DNA of 64,000 nt from Takakia lepidozioides (Eukaryota; Plantae; Bryophyta). The DNA lies in the NCBI GenBank assembly GCA_030704615.1, contig CM060732.1:7006001-7070000 (forward strand), read 5' to 3'. The notes under the pieces were generated by a model. The model did no database searches and had not been told where the DNA came from. It saw nothing but the letters and a program-made list of their open reading frames with translations. Within the stretch, counting starts at the first letter, position 1; every line of letters starts with the position of its first letter. The position numbers were made by a program, and so were the translations under genes. Below are positions 24,952 to 40,300 of this stretch, in pieces.

Positions 24952-25669
24952 AGCTTGAACAGGCTTTATTTGAAGAAACAGAACTATGAAAAAAACAAAA
25001 TAAATCAAATAATTTAAGGGAAAATAGAACTATGCACATATCAAATTATAGAAATTATATAAAAATTGAAATAATATATATAACCAATTTAATATTTAAA
25101 AAAAACCATCTTATTTCTTTTTATCTTCTGGGCTATTTTTTATATATTATATGGAAATATAATTAAACAAGAGCATAGAATTTTGTTTTAAAAATAACAT
25201 ATGATATTGCAATCTTTTCCTTCAAATTGTCATCCATACATTTGATGTGGATGAAGTTCATACATATGTAACCTAATCCCATATGAGCTCTTATTGTTTC
25301 GTTTTGCTTTGCTTCTCTTGTCATCTCAATGTTAGATATTATTCTATCACAAAAGCTAAAACCCTTCTTTTATTTTGTATATTCTTTTACCTCGTTTGTG
25401 TAGTCTTCTGAATAACCCTCATTTTCCTTGAATTTGTGTATTATTCTTTGCATCTTCCAAACATGTGTGATGTGAATATTACATATCACTCTAGTCTCAT
25501 AGCTTAGTCTCATAGCTACAACCATCATTTTGCTTTCTTTCTTTGCATTTGAGATACATAGATATACAATTTTCTCTTACGCATTTGTAGTAAGGCCTTA
25601 TCATACACTACTCTTAAGCAAATATGTAAGTGAATGTAGGATTTCGGATGTAGGGTTTATGGAGTCAAG

Positions 25670-27800
25670 ATGGAAGATAATGACGATCTTTCAAATGATG
25701 CATTCATTTATCTCTCCGACTTTGAGGACGAACTGGAATACATTGCAAGTTTGGAGGAGACTTTTGAAAGTGCACATATACATGGTGAGCGTCTTTTATA
25801 TCTCCCTTTTGAGGAAGCATATTTTCAGCTTTCGGATGCTAAGTCGGATATTGACGGTGGATTGGAGACCAAAAACAAATCTGAATTTGGAAAGCACGTG
25901 CGAAGAGCCATGTGGATTTTTCAATATTGACAATGATATGGAACCATATGCAATTGGTGACGATCCTTCTTATTTTTTGGAATATAGAGATAGAGCGTTC
26001 TCCAAAATTTGTTCAATTAACATTTGGAAGTAGAAGCCTCATGATTGAGTGTTTAGAGGCTAACGTTTTCCAACATTCGCACGTACTCATGAGATTGATC
26101 CCAATTTTCGACCACCTAGTCATAGTCATGGATGTCCTATAGATGCATTTATGTAGCCACCCTTGAAAAATGGAAAAATCTTCAATGCAACTACAAGGTG
26201 CATTACTTTGAAGGAGGTAAGGGTCTCGTTCCGAAAACTGATCCGAAAGATAGGCAACTCCCTTGCTTAGAACAATGGATGTCCACATTTCCGAAGCTCA
26301 CACTAGGATAATTACTTACCAATCAAGCGTATGCTTGCTACGATAAAGCATACTTGGAGCACTGATGGAAGATAAGGTGGTATTCCACCATCATTTGTCA
26401 AACAATGTATTACATCATTTGGGGTATGTCACAAGTCATTTTGGGACGAGGTTTACAATGTTTCCAATGAGTCTTTAGAGATGAAATTTGCATACAACAT
26501 GTTGTGTTGAGACGTGCGAAGTATAAAAAGATAAGTGAGACCAAACGCATCACGGTCTTTCAATGTCATCGAAGTGGAAAAAAACAAAAACGGATACGGA
26601 TCAAGAACGTTCCACAAAACTTGTCACATGATAGAAATGCAAGAATATTAAAAGAAAAAATGCAATTGCGAGTTTCTTCTTAAGGTTGTGGTTCGTTTAC
26701 AACAACAAAACGACATTAAAAAGACCAATATTGAGGAACCAATCACTATATATGTCCATAATAAACATAGTGGACATCGTCCCGGGTTTTAGGGAGACAA
26801 GTTTTTTCTACCGGTGCATCCTAACGTAATTGCTTTTGGAATGGAGAATTTGATCCGAATGGTATCAACTTCGACGGTTGCTCTGGCAAGTACGAGGGAA
26901 GACAAAAAAATTCAAGCTATGGTTTCCGAGTCGGAACGTGCTACATACCGGTTTTTCTTTATTCCTAAAGAAGTGGAGTAATTGGCTTATTCAATGCGCT
27001 TGAATGGTAAGTTTCTATTTTGAATCATTTCATTATATCTATATCATAATTGATATTTATTTTCAAGTTAGTTATGCTTATAACAAGTTTGTGGATTGTG
27101 GTAGATGCATTATGTGTCGACGATTGGGATGCCGCTCTTGAGTAGAAATATCTAGACTTCAACAACAAGGGAAGATCATTTTATCTGAAGCTTATTGTCC
27201 CACTCATCGTGATCCAAGGAAAAAACCATTTGTTGTGGTTATACAAGATGATTTTATGAGATGTAATGTTGGAGATTTTCTGGTGGGCAATCATAGACGT
27301 TTGATTCTACCTTCAAGACAAATCAATCTGACATTCCTTTATATGCGGCCGTTGTGCCAAATCAAACGGGTCGAGGTATGTCAGTGTCTTATATGATATG
27401 TTCTAAAGACAAAGATAGTGGACAATAAGAGGTGACAATAGAGTTTGCCTTAACGAGTGCGTTTTCCAATATTGGGGATGTGAGACCTTTGGCCATTATC
27501 ATAGACAAATACAAGACAAATTTTCAATTCTATTCATGTGGTCGTGGGGACTAATCCATATTGTTGGAAAGATAGAATTCTTGGCAATGAGCAATCATAT
27601 GTCGTTTCCATGTCATGAAAGCATGGAGTGAAAACCTATTACCTCGTGTCTCCCTTGAAGAAAGGACGACGTTATGGCATCGTTTGCACGAATGTTTTGT
27701 GCCAATGAGGACACGTTCGATGCGAACTTGGAAGAATTTTACAATGATTTCAAGCATTTGCAGGAGGTAAAAAAATACATACGAACCGGTTGGGCTAATG
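25670..27800 (+). pseudogene. Heavily degenerate MULE transposase
   Basis: Fragments CNCEFLLKVVV...NKHSGHRPG, DSTFKTNQSDIPLYAAVVPNQTGRG, RPLAIIIDK, CRFHVMKAWSENL; many stops and frameshifts; probable intron about 27006-27104. Confidence 0.75.
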
Positions 27801-28193
27801 ATTGAGCTTAGGTTGATCCTAGGGGGTGGGCCAGATGGGATTGTGGGGGCTGGGTGTGCGGTGTGGTGGGGGTAGATGGTGGTTTTTAGTTTGTGGGTGC
27901 GCTTTAGGAGTTGATCCAGTGTGGCAGGGAAGGTGGTGGGTATGATAGAGTGCGTGGTGTGCTGTTGAACATGGAGGAGAAGGGTAAGGGTGGGTTCTTT
28001 GTAACGGAGGTATTTGGGGAGAGGTGGGGTGTGGGTGCATCGGAGTTGGTTAGCTTCGATAGCGACGAGGAGTGTTACGCCAGGTGGGGGTGGGAACTGT
28101 TGGGTAGCTTTTGGTTAGTGAGTAGGAGGATCGTGATGCTAGACGGGGAGGATTGTGCGGCCATATGGGCCCATTGGAGGGCCTCATGCGTTA

Positions 28194-28261
28194 GGGGGGC
28201 GCGGGGGGGGGGGGGGGGGGGTGGGAGGGGGGGGGGTGGGGGGGGGGGGGGGGGGGGGCGG
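28194..28261 (+). repeat. Poly-G / G-rich low-complexity tract
   Basis: Near-pure G run of about 65 nt. Confidence 0.9.
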
Positions 28262-30188
28262 CAAATCCACTCCCATATGAATTACTCCACCATAAGGGAG
28301 GTTGTAACCATTTGTTGTGATGGCGGTGAAGGAAGCCGTGGGGGTATTAAAGCCAGGAGTGTGGCTGTAAGGGGGATCGCAGATCTGTATCCGAGGGCTG
28401 AAGTTATTAGACTGTTGTCTGTTTGCACGTGATGAACTCATGCGTCTGTTTCATAGAGTGTTTATGTACCTTAGGCAGAGCATGGAGTAGAATGAGAGAT
28501 GACACTATATTATGCTGCTATGATAAAGAGATTGATGCTTACTTGGAATTTGTGTACCTTGTCTTTGTAATATGGATGCTTAGGAATCAGAATGTTTAGA
28601 GGTGTTAAACAAATTATAGGAGAATGATCTCAACATCCGAATGGTGAGATCACCACACTTGGACCTGTACCTGGCATACGAATCCCTGAACTAAGGAGTA
28701 GTTAAGTAGGGTTTGTAGCAGAAGCTAGTCAAGACTCTGACATTGAATCATCAAGCTATCCTCACTAAGGAGAATCACTCTATCTATGTAAAGGATACCC
28801 AAGTTACTGAAGCCATGAGGCCTTGCTATGCAAGGAAAGGTTGTGCACAACTAATTCACCATGACTTCATCCACAATAAGTCATGTCTATTGATTCTGAG
28901 CGGCAGGAATACTTAGAGTATTCCAATGCCTCCCATTTAGAATATCCACCAAGATTGGCTAAGGGGTGGATGCATAAAATCCGTTGAACAATAGATAGTG
29001 AGAGGCTTGCATGACAGTTGTGAGTTATTCTTCCTCCCCTCTCTTATTTTCAAGTGTGCTCCACAAAAGAGAGTTGTGAAAATGATGTGGAGAAAGGCTA
29101 CAAAACTACTGGTACAAAGGAGAGGGAACCCTCTAACCATTATTGTGCCGAGGTGTCAGTGCATATATGCTTGGTTTGGCTATGAAGAGGTTCTATTAGA
29201 GTTTGTTAGAGAGTAGCTCGGATAGAAAGTCAATTGCTAGGCCATTGTTTAGGTAGCTTTTCATTTCACCTAATGCTTGTGTGCAAATTGGAGATGGTGC
29301 ACAGATATTTGTGGGGGGAACTATGAGATAACCTTGTTCTAGTGCTGTGATATGAGTAGTTGAATAACATAATTCCGATTTGTAACTGGCATAATTTGAT
29401 TGGTAAGAAGTGGCAACAAGTGGTTACGGATTTGGTGCAGCTTCTGTTACAGCCCTGGAGCTTTACAACTCATACCAACTACCAAAGTTCACATGACCAA
29501 AAAAGTGGGGCTGAAAATCCGTGAGGAGTGAGCACAAGCACTAAGCACTGAGCGGTGAGCAGACCTCCGAACCACGTCCGAGCCTGTCCGTAGGTTCGGG
29601 ATAGGTTTGGTTTATGGAATATATCTATTTTGGATTCTAAATGAGATTTTTACTAAATTTTTATTGCATACAACCTCTCAAAGATTGAAGGTTCTGCGCC
29701 GAACCCCATTTCATACACTAAAAAAAAAACAATTAAGGGAAAAAAATGTTTTTTAGTACCCGCAGTGTTTGGCGCTGAGCTCATGAAAAACCCAACCTCC
29801 CAAAAAAGCACCCCCTGTGTTTTGACCAACCATCCTCGGCTGTTTTCTTGGCCAAATGGCCTAAAGTTTTTCTTTGACATGTGCAGCACCTCACATATAT
29901 CAAAATATGGGTCCACCAACCTCATTCAATTCCAATCCGTTACCCAAACATACAAAAAACCATTTTTATAAAGATAAAATTGACACGGTGGCAAAAAATC
30001 AGGCCTCACATGCAACGGTGGTGTTATTGTAAATGGGGTTCGATTGGCCCAAAATTGGCTTGCAGGTGCAGGGGTTAGGTGGGCACAGATTGTCCGGTCA
30101 ATATTTCAAAATTGAAAAAGTTTTGGGAATTACACCTAGTTTCGCAGCAAGGGGTCTTGTTTTGGGTAGAAAGTCTTTTTTAAGATAA

Positions 30189-30580
30189 GAGCATCTTCAA
30201 TGTGCCTATGGGCCCGGCCGTCACGGCCCACTGAGCAGTCCGACTCCAACCTTCCAGACTGGCAGACCCCCACGGACAAAATATATATTTAACAATTTTT
30301 TTAATATATTTAACAACATACATTATTGCGACAAGATTTGATCACTAAACCTCATGCTTGTTATTTTGCTGCTCTTAACCACCACACTATCAACTGCTTT
30401 CTACAAACCTTTGAGATGTTTTATGTAGATAGCTTATGTGTTTTGTGGCCCCAGCAGACCAGCTTGCTTGGCGGACCCAGCACACTTGAGTCCGCCAGGT
30501 AGGCGATCCCACCATTGGGGACCCCCTTTGCTGCAGCGTGCCCCGCCCCGCAGGCACACGTGCCCGCATCGAAGATGCTA
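30189..30580. mobile_element. Tourist-like MITE (PIF/Harbinger), degenerate
   Basis: GAGCATCTTCAATG preceded by TAA; CATCGAAGATGCTA followed by TTA (12/14 TIR match, imperfect TWA TSD). Confidence 0.55.
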
Positions 30581-31393
30581 TTATCTTTCAATGAGAAGCA
30601 AGTCAAACAACCCCCGGAGTTTAGGGGTTAATATGGGGTTTGAATAAAGTAACTAGGTTGTATGATAGGGTCATTGTGGAGCACTGAAATACTGTAATGG
30701 GATTTATGGAAGTAGGTTTTGACTTTTGACGGTAAAGTCACCCGGTGGCCCAAAGTCAAATGACAGCCCTCAACCTCATAAGGTCTTCATGGCATGCATG
30801 CCCTCTAACTGTTGCTGAGGCGCTGTGTCACCCCTATTGGCATGTTCTCTCCCAAAGGTCCTCTGCACGTACTGACTCCTGCAGGAGTTTCCCTTCAGAC
30901 AAATTCTCCAATATGGTCTGCAAGAAGAGAAAAATCTGTTTCAAATGTTGTCCATAAAAAACTTTTAAGCAGCGAATTTCCTCTACCAAATGTAGGGCTA
31001 CTGTTATTCCCATTGCAGGGTTAACAAGACGCATGGATGCATGCTGGCCCTGCCTTCGTATAACATTCATCCATCCTCGTACTTCAGTTCTCAATAATAA
31101 TAACAAAGTTCCATTCTCCAACCCATGATTTAAGGTCTAAGGACTCCAACCCATGCATAGTCCCCGCCTTTGGGAAAAGGCAGGGCCAACAAAAATGGAA
31201 AGCGAGTGGTGTGCTCACAGAGGGTTGGACCTCATCTTCTTTGAACTGCAGATGACGCCTCATAGCCTGAGAGCTAATACAATATATAGCCATGACTACC
31301 ATGTAAGATAAACTCTAGAATTAACCCAGTTACAAAGTTAGGGCACTTGGGAGGAAAGTGCCGAAAGCTGAAGCCAGCGATATGAATCATCTT

Positions 31394-34300
31394 CTATGTG
31401 GTCTTGAGGGCTGACAGAGCTTCCTTGGTCGCTGCTGATACCACTGCATCTGAAGCATTGGGAAGATAGTAATACTTTCCTGCATGTTTACAGGCACACC
31501 ATGAGCACTTACTATACTGGCCGATGCTGGGTATTCAACACAAAATGCTCGTATATAAATGTCGAAACTTCTGCCCCAAACCCCCGGAACTACCCAGTTG
31601 CTTGCACACATTTGACTTCCCAAATTGAGAACTATGCTTCTAGGAGCTGCCAAGAGAGACATACATATCCTACAAGATGCAACCTCAGCTGTGTCTGCAC
31701 CCATTACATGTTACACTTCAGCAGTCAAAACAATCATCCGCCAACGTCCAAACTTGAGTAGTCAAAGAAGAACAATGAGCAGGAACTTTTATCCATAGGA
31801 ATTGAATTTGAGGGGACAGGGGGAATATGGCAGGAAAATTTGGAGACAGCCCAGATGCCAGGCTGCTCCCCAAGATTTAAGCAGATATAATCCTTCACAT
31901 ATTAACCAAAACACAAAATGTAGGATTTTACGCACCTTGTGCAACTTGGGCTACCTCTTTGGCAAATCCCGTGGAGATAAATTTGTTTTCAGTGTCAATA
32001 ACCAGCAATGACATTCCTGCTTTGAATATCTTTCCAGCCACAGCCAATATCTCTTCCTGAAAACCAAGACACCGACATCAACTTGGTATCACCGGCAAGG
32101 CTAAGAAAGCCTACATAGTCAGTATTTCAATAACATACCACACATAGGGGAGAAGACAAAGTGAGAAAGGGCACACTCCTTCCCCCTGAAATTCGCAACT
32201 ATTTCCCTGAGCAAAGAGGTCAATCGCCACAGCATGAGCAGGTTCCTCTACTGTAGCAACCTCACCTAACCGGGACTGGGATTCTTAACAGAGAGGGCAA
32301 TTGAGAGGGTACAAGAGCTGTGTGAAAGCATCCTGCTACTCAATTCAGCAGTAAAATGATGGGCAGTAAATGGACAATCTTGAACTTGTGTCTGCATGAT
32401 AGAAAGGATGTGTCAGAATCTTGAACTGGTGCGTTAGTTCAAGATTCTGACGAATCCTTTCTGTGCATGCAGACACAGTTTTTGCCAGATTCCCAAATGA
32501 TAACATAGTAAACATGAAAAAGTGCATGAAAATCAAACTACGTTGCTGGGCCCTCAACAAACCCTTGCTTAGCAGCTTCTTGACAAAGATGACATGGCTT
32601 TCATCCAAGTAGAACAGTCTCTTTGGTATTGGGGAATGCATTTGGTAAGGATCATCTGGGGACACTCCTAGTACCCTGCAGAGCCGTTCTCAGTACTGTT
32701 GGCAGTTATTTTCAAACTTCTTTGAAATTTTCCGTTGTCATTTTGTTTTGTTTTCAAACCAAGATTGCTAACAGGGCAACTGAGTAGCACACCGACTCGC
32801 TAACAACATCACACATGATATTACAAAAAATATGTGCAAATAAGGCCATACCTTCAATTCTTTCTGGCTTGGCCTTGGGGCATCTGGGGCATTGGCATCA
32901 GCATCTCCAGTAGACTTCTTCAATGACACATTTGCCCTTCCATCTGTTATTGCAACAATCATGACTCCCCCCACATCCCCACTCTTCTCAGCATTCAAGC
33001 CAACTCGCACAGCCTGTAGATCAGAGACACCAAGTGTGGAAGATAGTTCCTCCATGATAAATATTTAGTATTTCTGGAATCAAGGAATTATTGATAAATA
33101 CAGCACAGGCCATTTAGCTAAGTCTATAAACACTAGGAAAGTTAGATGTGGGATCAAAGGAAAGTGAAACTTTATATCATCCACGGGAAGCTCAAGAAGC
33201 TTGTGGGCTAAAAGAAAGTGGGGTCCCTTGACAAGCAGCCGCATTTCCGAGCCGTGGGTCAACCAAAATATGCAAAGTTAGGAGTGAGAAGATAAAGAAT
33301 AACACCAAAAAAAAAGGCCCTGGAATCGGCAGGAAATGACATATCTTACTATGACCAAAATAGGTACTGGTAGTCGACAGTATGCGGCCACAATACTAGG
33401 AAATGCAGCACCGCATTTCCTTGCCGGAGGCCGAATGAGGTATGCAAAGTTTGGGGTGAGGAGAAGAATAACAACCCAAAAAATAAAATAAAATCCAGGC
33501 ACGTGGAAACAGAAGGCAATGACATGTTAATATCTTAGAATGACCAAAATAGGTACTGGTAGGCAAGATACTCTAAGATGCAAAGCCTTCAAGACATGTC
33601 TGATCCTCGCAACGTAAAACGGATTGGTTGTCCTGGAATAGGCAATAGTATCGGCCATGGATTGCATAGTAGACAGGACAGTGAAAGCAGAAATGTTCTT
33701 CAGTCTCAATCGTCTGTAGCCGGACACATGCCGTCAAAACACAATCCCGGTTATCCTGTCTACCAGTCTCTATCCGCAGGCTGTGTGAGCCCACCCTAAA
33801 CTTCCCAAAGAAGAGATTAAGATAGAGTTGCAGAGAATTAACTGGGCTCAAGATTCTATCATCACGCAGGACCAGGAAGGTGTTGCCACTGAACTGCAGC
33901 ATTGTTGTAAGATGGTCTGGTTTCCAGGTCTGCCTAACATGACATTATGTCTTTAGTCAAAATTGAGAGACTCTCTAAAGTGGAGAACCTCATGTACATA
34001 TGCAGCCAGGCATGGCTGGTCCTCATAATGAAAGACCTCCATAAGGGTTTGGCTGTCTCTCAACAGGCAGTAGCAGTGGCCCCTGATTTCATAAAGAAAG
34101 TCCGTGGAGGAAGAGATATAGACAGAAGAAAGAATTTACAAGAGGGAGAGACAATACCGTTGTTAGCCCATGAGCAAGTGGAGATCCACCACCGCAAGGC
34201 AGCCTTTCGAGGCGTTTTCTTGCCATAGCAATTGACCGGGATGGAGGTAGCAGAACCTCTGCTGCATCTCCGCGGAATGGGATGATTGAAACCTGCCATT

Positions 34301-37300
34301 TCGAAACTTATCTTGACCATGAGATGAACAGAACATTGAATGGTCCTAACTGGGCGCTTAGGGATCAATTGGCTTAAGCATTCAAGAGTTATGATTCTGG
34401 GTGAATCATTTGCTGAACAATAGCCTTGTCCTTTAAGGACCCAAACCTCCTACATGTTCCCAGACCCATACCAACAGCACTTAGTGGTGCAGAACTTTTG
34501 TGGTGCTCATGCTGTACATATTCTGTAATGGTCTTCTCAAACATAAGGTCTGGAAACCAAAATACACACCACCTGGGAAGCACCTATGATCTGGTAAGGG
34601 CCCAAATCAAATTCAACAGGACACCCCAATCAAATCATAGCATTAGTATAATGCTTATGGCTAAGTTGCCTTGACTTGAGTATCCAAAGAGAGGAGCACC
34701 TGGTCCCTGCTGGTGTAGCTATCGGAAAGAAGCTGCATGGCAGCTCCCTTGGCGTTGTTCATGCGATTCAGTGCCATGCTGCCGCTGGCATCCACCACAA
34801 ATATTACCTGCAGCCCATCTGCACTCCATATGACCACAACAAACCAAAATAGACCCTACCACATAGTCCTCTTTCAGACTGCAATATTTCATATTTAATG
34901 CATACCTGCTTCTTCTAAACGTAGCTTGTTTGTCAAGATTAATCTAACCTATGCACATATGTACTTACAGAAAGTCACAGGTTCTGCAGTACAATTGAGA
35001 GAGCGGAAGACAAAGACAGGTGAATATAGACATTACAGTCTCTGTTTTGGAGCTGCTGGGAAACTGAAAAGACCACATCTTGGGTTTGAGCAAAGAGAGC
35101 AGAGCAAAATTACCAGGGCTCCAGCTTTTCGGGCCATGCGCTTTGCTCTCATGTCAGACTGCTCCACAAACACCTTCCTCAGTTCTCCATTTTTCAGGGC
35201 TCTTTGCTTTCGCAACTTCTGATATGGGGCTGCAGCCCGCAATGTTGCATCAACAGCCAATCTCCTTACTGGACCCTGCAAATGCAGGTTAATGCGGATC
35301 AGATTGTTACAATAAGATTTGTGTTTCACTATCCATACCAACAATCTTGCTGCCTGTGACCTCCACATGTATTTAGTTTGGTCTCCTTAAGACCATCTAT
35401 CCAACTTCATATCACTACTGCTTACACTTATCCTATAATAAAGCAGCATCGCAGTAACCTCGTCCATACACATAACAACACCAGAGAAGTTTTGGGAAAA
35501 CCTTAGGAATCATGGGCTTTATATAACGGCCTCTATCCTCAGAGAAAATGACATTCTTCGCCCGTCCAGCCTTCCCCCGCCTTCGATTGGCCTGCTGAGC
35601 AAAGAACAGAAGCTGAGGATCAACCATCCCACCTTCGGCATCGAATATGAACTCCTCAGGCACTTGATCCTCTTGTTGGTCCTCCTTCTCATCATCATCA
35701 TCTTCTTCCTGAGAAACCGGCCCCCACATAAGCATCTCCCCCTCTTCCTTGTAAACATGTCTGTTCTCCCTCCAAAATAGACAAAATCTCAAGTCCAACT
35801 GACCTTAGATACTGACCACAATGAAAAGGTGACCACCTGTCCATCTAATGAGATGTTTTCATCTTCTCCACGTATTCTTATGAGATTTGTGCGACTGTGA
35901 ATGGTCACTGTCCCCTCACCAGAGACTCTACATTGCCAAGAGTCTAGATGCAGAATCTATGTACCTATCTTAGGGTTTAGCAGTTGAGGTAGAGCACAAG
36001 ACTCTTCTAGGACAGGGTGCCAGGAGCCAAGACAGTGCAACAAACAGGATCTTTGCCACAAATAGGCAGCCATACTTGCTCATCTTCCTCCTCCTTCTCA
36101 TCCTGGTCTTTCTCTTGATTCTGTGGTGGTGGAGGGGGTGGCGGAGGTGGTTGCTGCTGGTCTGGTGGCATATCGATGTAGATAGAGCGTGGTATGATCA
36201 CTAACTCAACCTGCACCAAATGTTTAGCATACTGAGGACAACAACACTTTTCCAGGATAGCTAAAGACCTAGCAATGCGATGCCAGGGATTAACCCCATG
36301 CAAGTACAAAACCTGAAACTGTCAACCGGCAACAATAGATGTGTTCCAAGCAAAAGAAACAGTAGTCAACCACCTAGGATCAAGACCCTTAGGCTTTTGA
36401 GCAGGAAGCGCTAGTAATATAAGGAGCTTTAACTAACAAATACCACTCCTACACTAGAAATGGAGCTTCATGCAGGGGGAAACTGATAGGCGCCTACTAG
36501 TATCCTCCTCAGACTTGAGCAACAGCAGGGCATTCCTCATGCAACTACTGATGGTAGCAAGCTTACAGCTTTTTTCAAATCATCAACTCCCACTCGATCC
36601 CGTCCTTCTAGCGCGGCAAGCGCCTTAGCAACTTTGACGGCACTTAGCTCTGCTCGATGGCCCTGCCCAGAACACTGCAGTCTGAGAGAACAATCTAAAT
36701 AACAAACTTCAACTTGGTAAATCAAGGAGCACTGCAAATACAGAGCCTCTCCGTTTTTGCAAGTACATTACCAGGCAATCTTCAAACTTGTCCCTCTTCC
36801 TATCCCTCGGCAGCAGTCCAGTGTAACTCTCAAGTAAGAACAACCACCCTGGGGAAACCCACCTGGCAGCCACCCCGAATGGCCTCTGTGACCAGATATT
36901 TTATTTGTTCCCTGCTGATGGTCACATCCTTCAACCACTCTCTTGCCAAAATTACCTGCATTCATATAGCCACAGCTTCAACATGACCAAATGACTGATG
37001 ATGTAATGGACAGTCCACGACCATCATAAGAACCCAAGCAGTTTAGCATGGGATAAAATGGATAGATAAACAATGCACCTGCCAAAAAAACTGTACCCTA
37101 CTCCAGATGTGAGATAATATTGGAAATTGAAGGTTTGTGTGCAAAATTTGAAATAGACACTGCCGTTTGGTTTGCAAAAAGTAAACCTTCAAAGTAAATC
37201 ATTGGTGCAGCCCATCAACCCTCTGTTAACGGATATAAGGACATCGCCACAAACCTGCCTTCACCACAATTAGTGAAATCTGGAACTTACATATTCATCA

Positions 37301-40300
37301 AGTACTCTTTGAAGTACAAGTTGGACAGGACCATCGGGGGAATGACAAAGTACCTGAGTCTTGGCAGCATCTGTGGCCTCAGCAGCATCAAACAGCACCT
37401 GCTCTGCCACATTCTGGAACCGGGTCGCAATCTCAACGGCGCTCACCCGGTCCTCAAAGCCTAGTGGTATATCTGCACTGCAGAATAGTACCCCCAAATC
37501 CTGGTCATTAGTTAACCGTCCATATAAATAAGTCCAAAACACTGCAAAAGAGAACTTTACGTTCTAACAACATTGATCATCTGCACTAGCATTATACTAG
37601 AAAGAGGACAGGTGTCTAGTTGAGACCTTTGACTCCACTGAAACTTCCTACACTGGAGGCAGCACAACTGCTACTAACCACTTCAGGTAGAGGTGTGTGG
37701 GAAGTGCACCTGAGGTTGATGGAAATCCGATCAAGAAGGTGTTCCCGCACGTTGCCTTCTTCAGGGTTGTAGGTGGCAATAAGAAGAGGTCGACAAGGAT
37801 GCCTAAAGCTTACCCCCTCTCTCTCCACCACATTAATGCCCTCTGTAAAAACATTTAGCAAGAGATTGCTGATACCCTCATCCAGCAGATTAAGTTCATC
37901 AACATATAGCACACCCCGATGAGCTTCCGCAAGCAGCCCCGGTTGGAAGACAGTTGTTCCTGTTTTAACAGATTCCTCTACATCGACAGAGCCAAGTAGT
38001 CGATCCTCCGTCACACCCAATGGAATCTGTCATAATACACAAGGGTTTATCGTTACAGTCACCAGTCACTACCCAAAGAACGTATGGGCTGAAATGGATA
38101 GAGGCTTTTTTACAATAATGTTAGCATGCATTTTCCTGAGGATTGGAGTAATGGATGCCACATCAACCATGTTTTACCCTCATGGCGCCCCTGGATTGGA
38201 GTGGAGACTAAAACTATTACATCAGTTTACCAAAATGTAGCAGAACCAAGATTGAAAGGCAGTACAAAGGGATCCATGATTGGGGATCTCACATTACATA
38301 TCGTGAGATCTATTTGTCAAAGTTGATGTGAAGAATTTGGTCAGAAAACTGTGGAAGTAGATGTTTACCCGAACCATAAGCTTCTGAGGGTCCATTCTTT
38401 TGCAGTAATCCAACGTATCCTGCCATCTAACCCTAAACTCCCTTCTTCATTCTAACCAAGAGTGATTGCCTTAAAATAGTGGGTGGGTCAAATCTGAATA
38501 GACCATACCCAGTTGCCGGTCTAGTTCTGAACCAGGCTTGTGTGGAGTTCTACCTGCAAGTACAAGGAGCACGTATGTACGTTACCTGGATAAATGGTGC
38601 CTTGACAACTTCAACCTTGATACTTCCATCGTCATTGCATTGCAGCCGATTGGCTAGCCCAGCTTCCCACCTACAAGCTCGAATCAGTTGAGAGATACTT
38701 TAGAGGTGCTTGGGGGATTAAGGAAAAGAAGCAAAGCAGGACCGAGAAAGCAGAGAAGGCAACGCACTCTTCAGGACAGTGAAGATCTGCATTGGCCATG
38801 GAGCCCACCACAACTTCAATGGGAGGGAGAATGGCATGTAAGCCACGTGCCATGACTGTCTTGGCAGTGCCACGCTTGCCAGCTATGGCAATGCCCCCTA
38901 TTGATCCATCCACTGCCCCCAGAAGTAATGCTGCCTTGATTGCATCCTGAATTGATACACAACCCCACACTCAACTATATCAGCACTGACCTATAGTTCA
39001 ATTAAAACTATTAAAACTCCCAAAATTAACACAAGATATGACACATTAGGCAATATGACCAAAGCCCTGGCCAAAGTCTTGTCTTGTTTTATACACAGCC
39101 CAGTCCCATATCCTCAGCAAGCACCAGTCCCACACACCCAAACTGCTATATGTGTACATGAGTAAATCCCCCAGCTGCAAGCAGCTGGACTATACTGGGA
39201 GAATTCTATCTGCCAAAAGGTTTAGCATAGAGAGAAAGACATGCTTATTAGCATTCGCTTGCTCTAACTTTCAGGTGGAAGGCCCCGTGCCAGGATTGGT
39301 AGGAGCAAAGGAGAGAGAACGCTCTATCTGAGTAGAATTTCTGAAGCATGGCCAGGTTGACAGCACACACTATATTTCACATTTGATATAGCTTCACAAG
39401 CCACCATTCAACATGACAATCCGTGAGCAAAGAAATCACCAACAATTTCAGTTCCCCATCTGTGCTACCTCTAGGCGACAAAGAATCTACTGGGTTTTGT
39501 ATCTGTCTCAGTCCTCTCCCACTGTTGAGACTCATAAACTCCTTCCAACGTCACTACAGAATATTAAAACACCAAATAGATGCTTTCAGATATTCCGAAT
39601 TGGAATGGGGCTTCATGGTGGGCATCTCCAGCATGAATTATATTGGAAATATAAGTGGCCACTTCCGTAACTCATCCAGATTTATTTGGATATAAAGCCA
39701 GCACTGGCACGCACGGAGACAGTGTGAAGTAGAAAGCACACTAGAACCACTAGACTACTGAAGATTACTGGTGCATGCCCACCTCTGCCTGCCCCCGGAA
39801 GAAGAAAATCATTCTCACCATCAACATTAAAGTTTTGGTGGTTGAGATTCAAGTAGGATTTAGTACCTTATGTCCTCAGGGAGTGAACTTCAACTCAGTG
39901 GGTAATCTATCCGCTTATGTAACTCGATTGACACATTTATGCTGTGTTTCGTCACAGGCATTCTAGGTTCTTTGTTGATGTTCCTCAGAAGGCCCAAACA
40001 TTTCGATTCAATTCTTGGCACGCTTTGGATCCATGGTAGGTGATGCTGGTATGGTGATATTCTGGGCACAATCGGTCCTTCAACACCAGCACTGGCACTC
40101 ACTTATTTTGCTCCCATCAAAGTATAACTGCATTGGCTAGAGCTCTATTGCCTGACCAATCCAAAACCCTTGCCTGCCCGTAAGGCCCTAGAAATCTCAC
40201 CTGGCCCACCACAGCTGCCAGGGGGAAGTACTGCCGTCCGTACACTCTCTCCAACGCCAATGCGTTGGACGCCCCATTGCTTGAAGTATCCGCAGTCGAC

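Noticed and set aside
27911-28441. Poly-Gly and poly-Pro ORFs, or a functional G-quadruplex
   Set aside because: Produced by a poly-G tract of uncertain accuracy; no recognisable domain or supporting context.
32960-32975. CHLD reads DVGGVM where DVGR is recalled as typical
   Set aside because: Single substitution outside the MIDAS residues; cannot be evaluated without an alignment.
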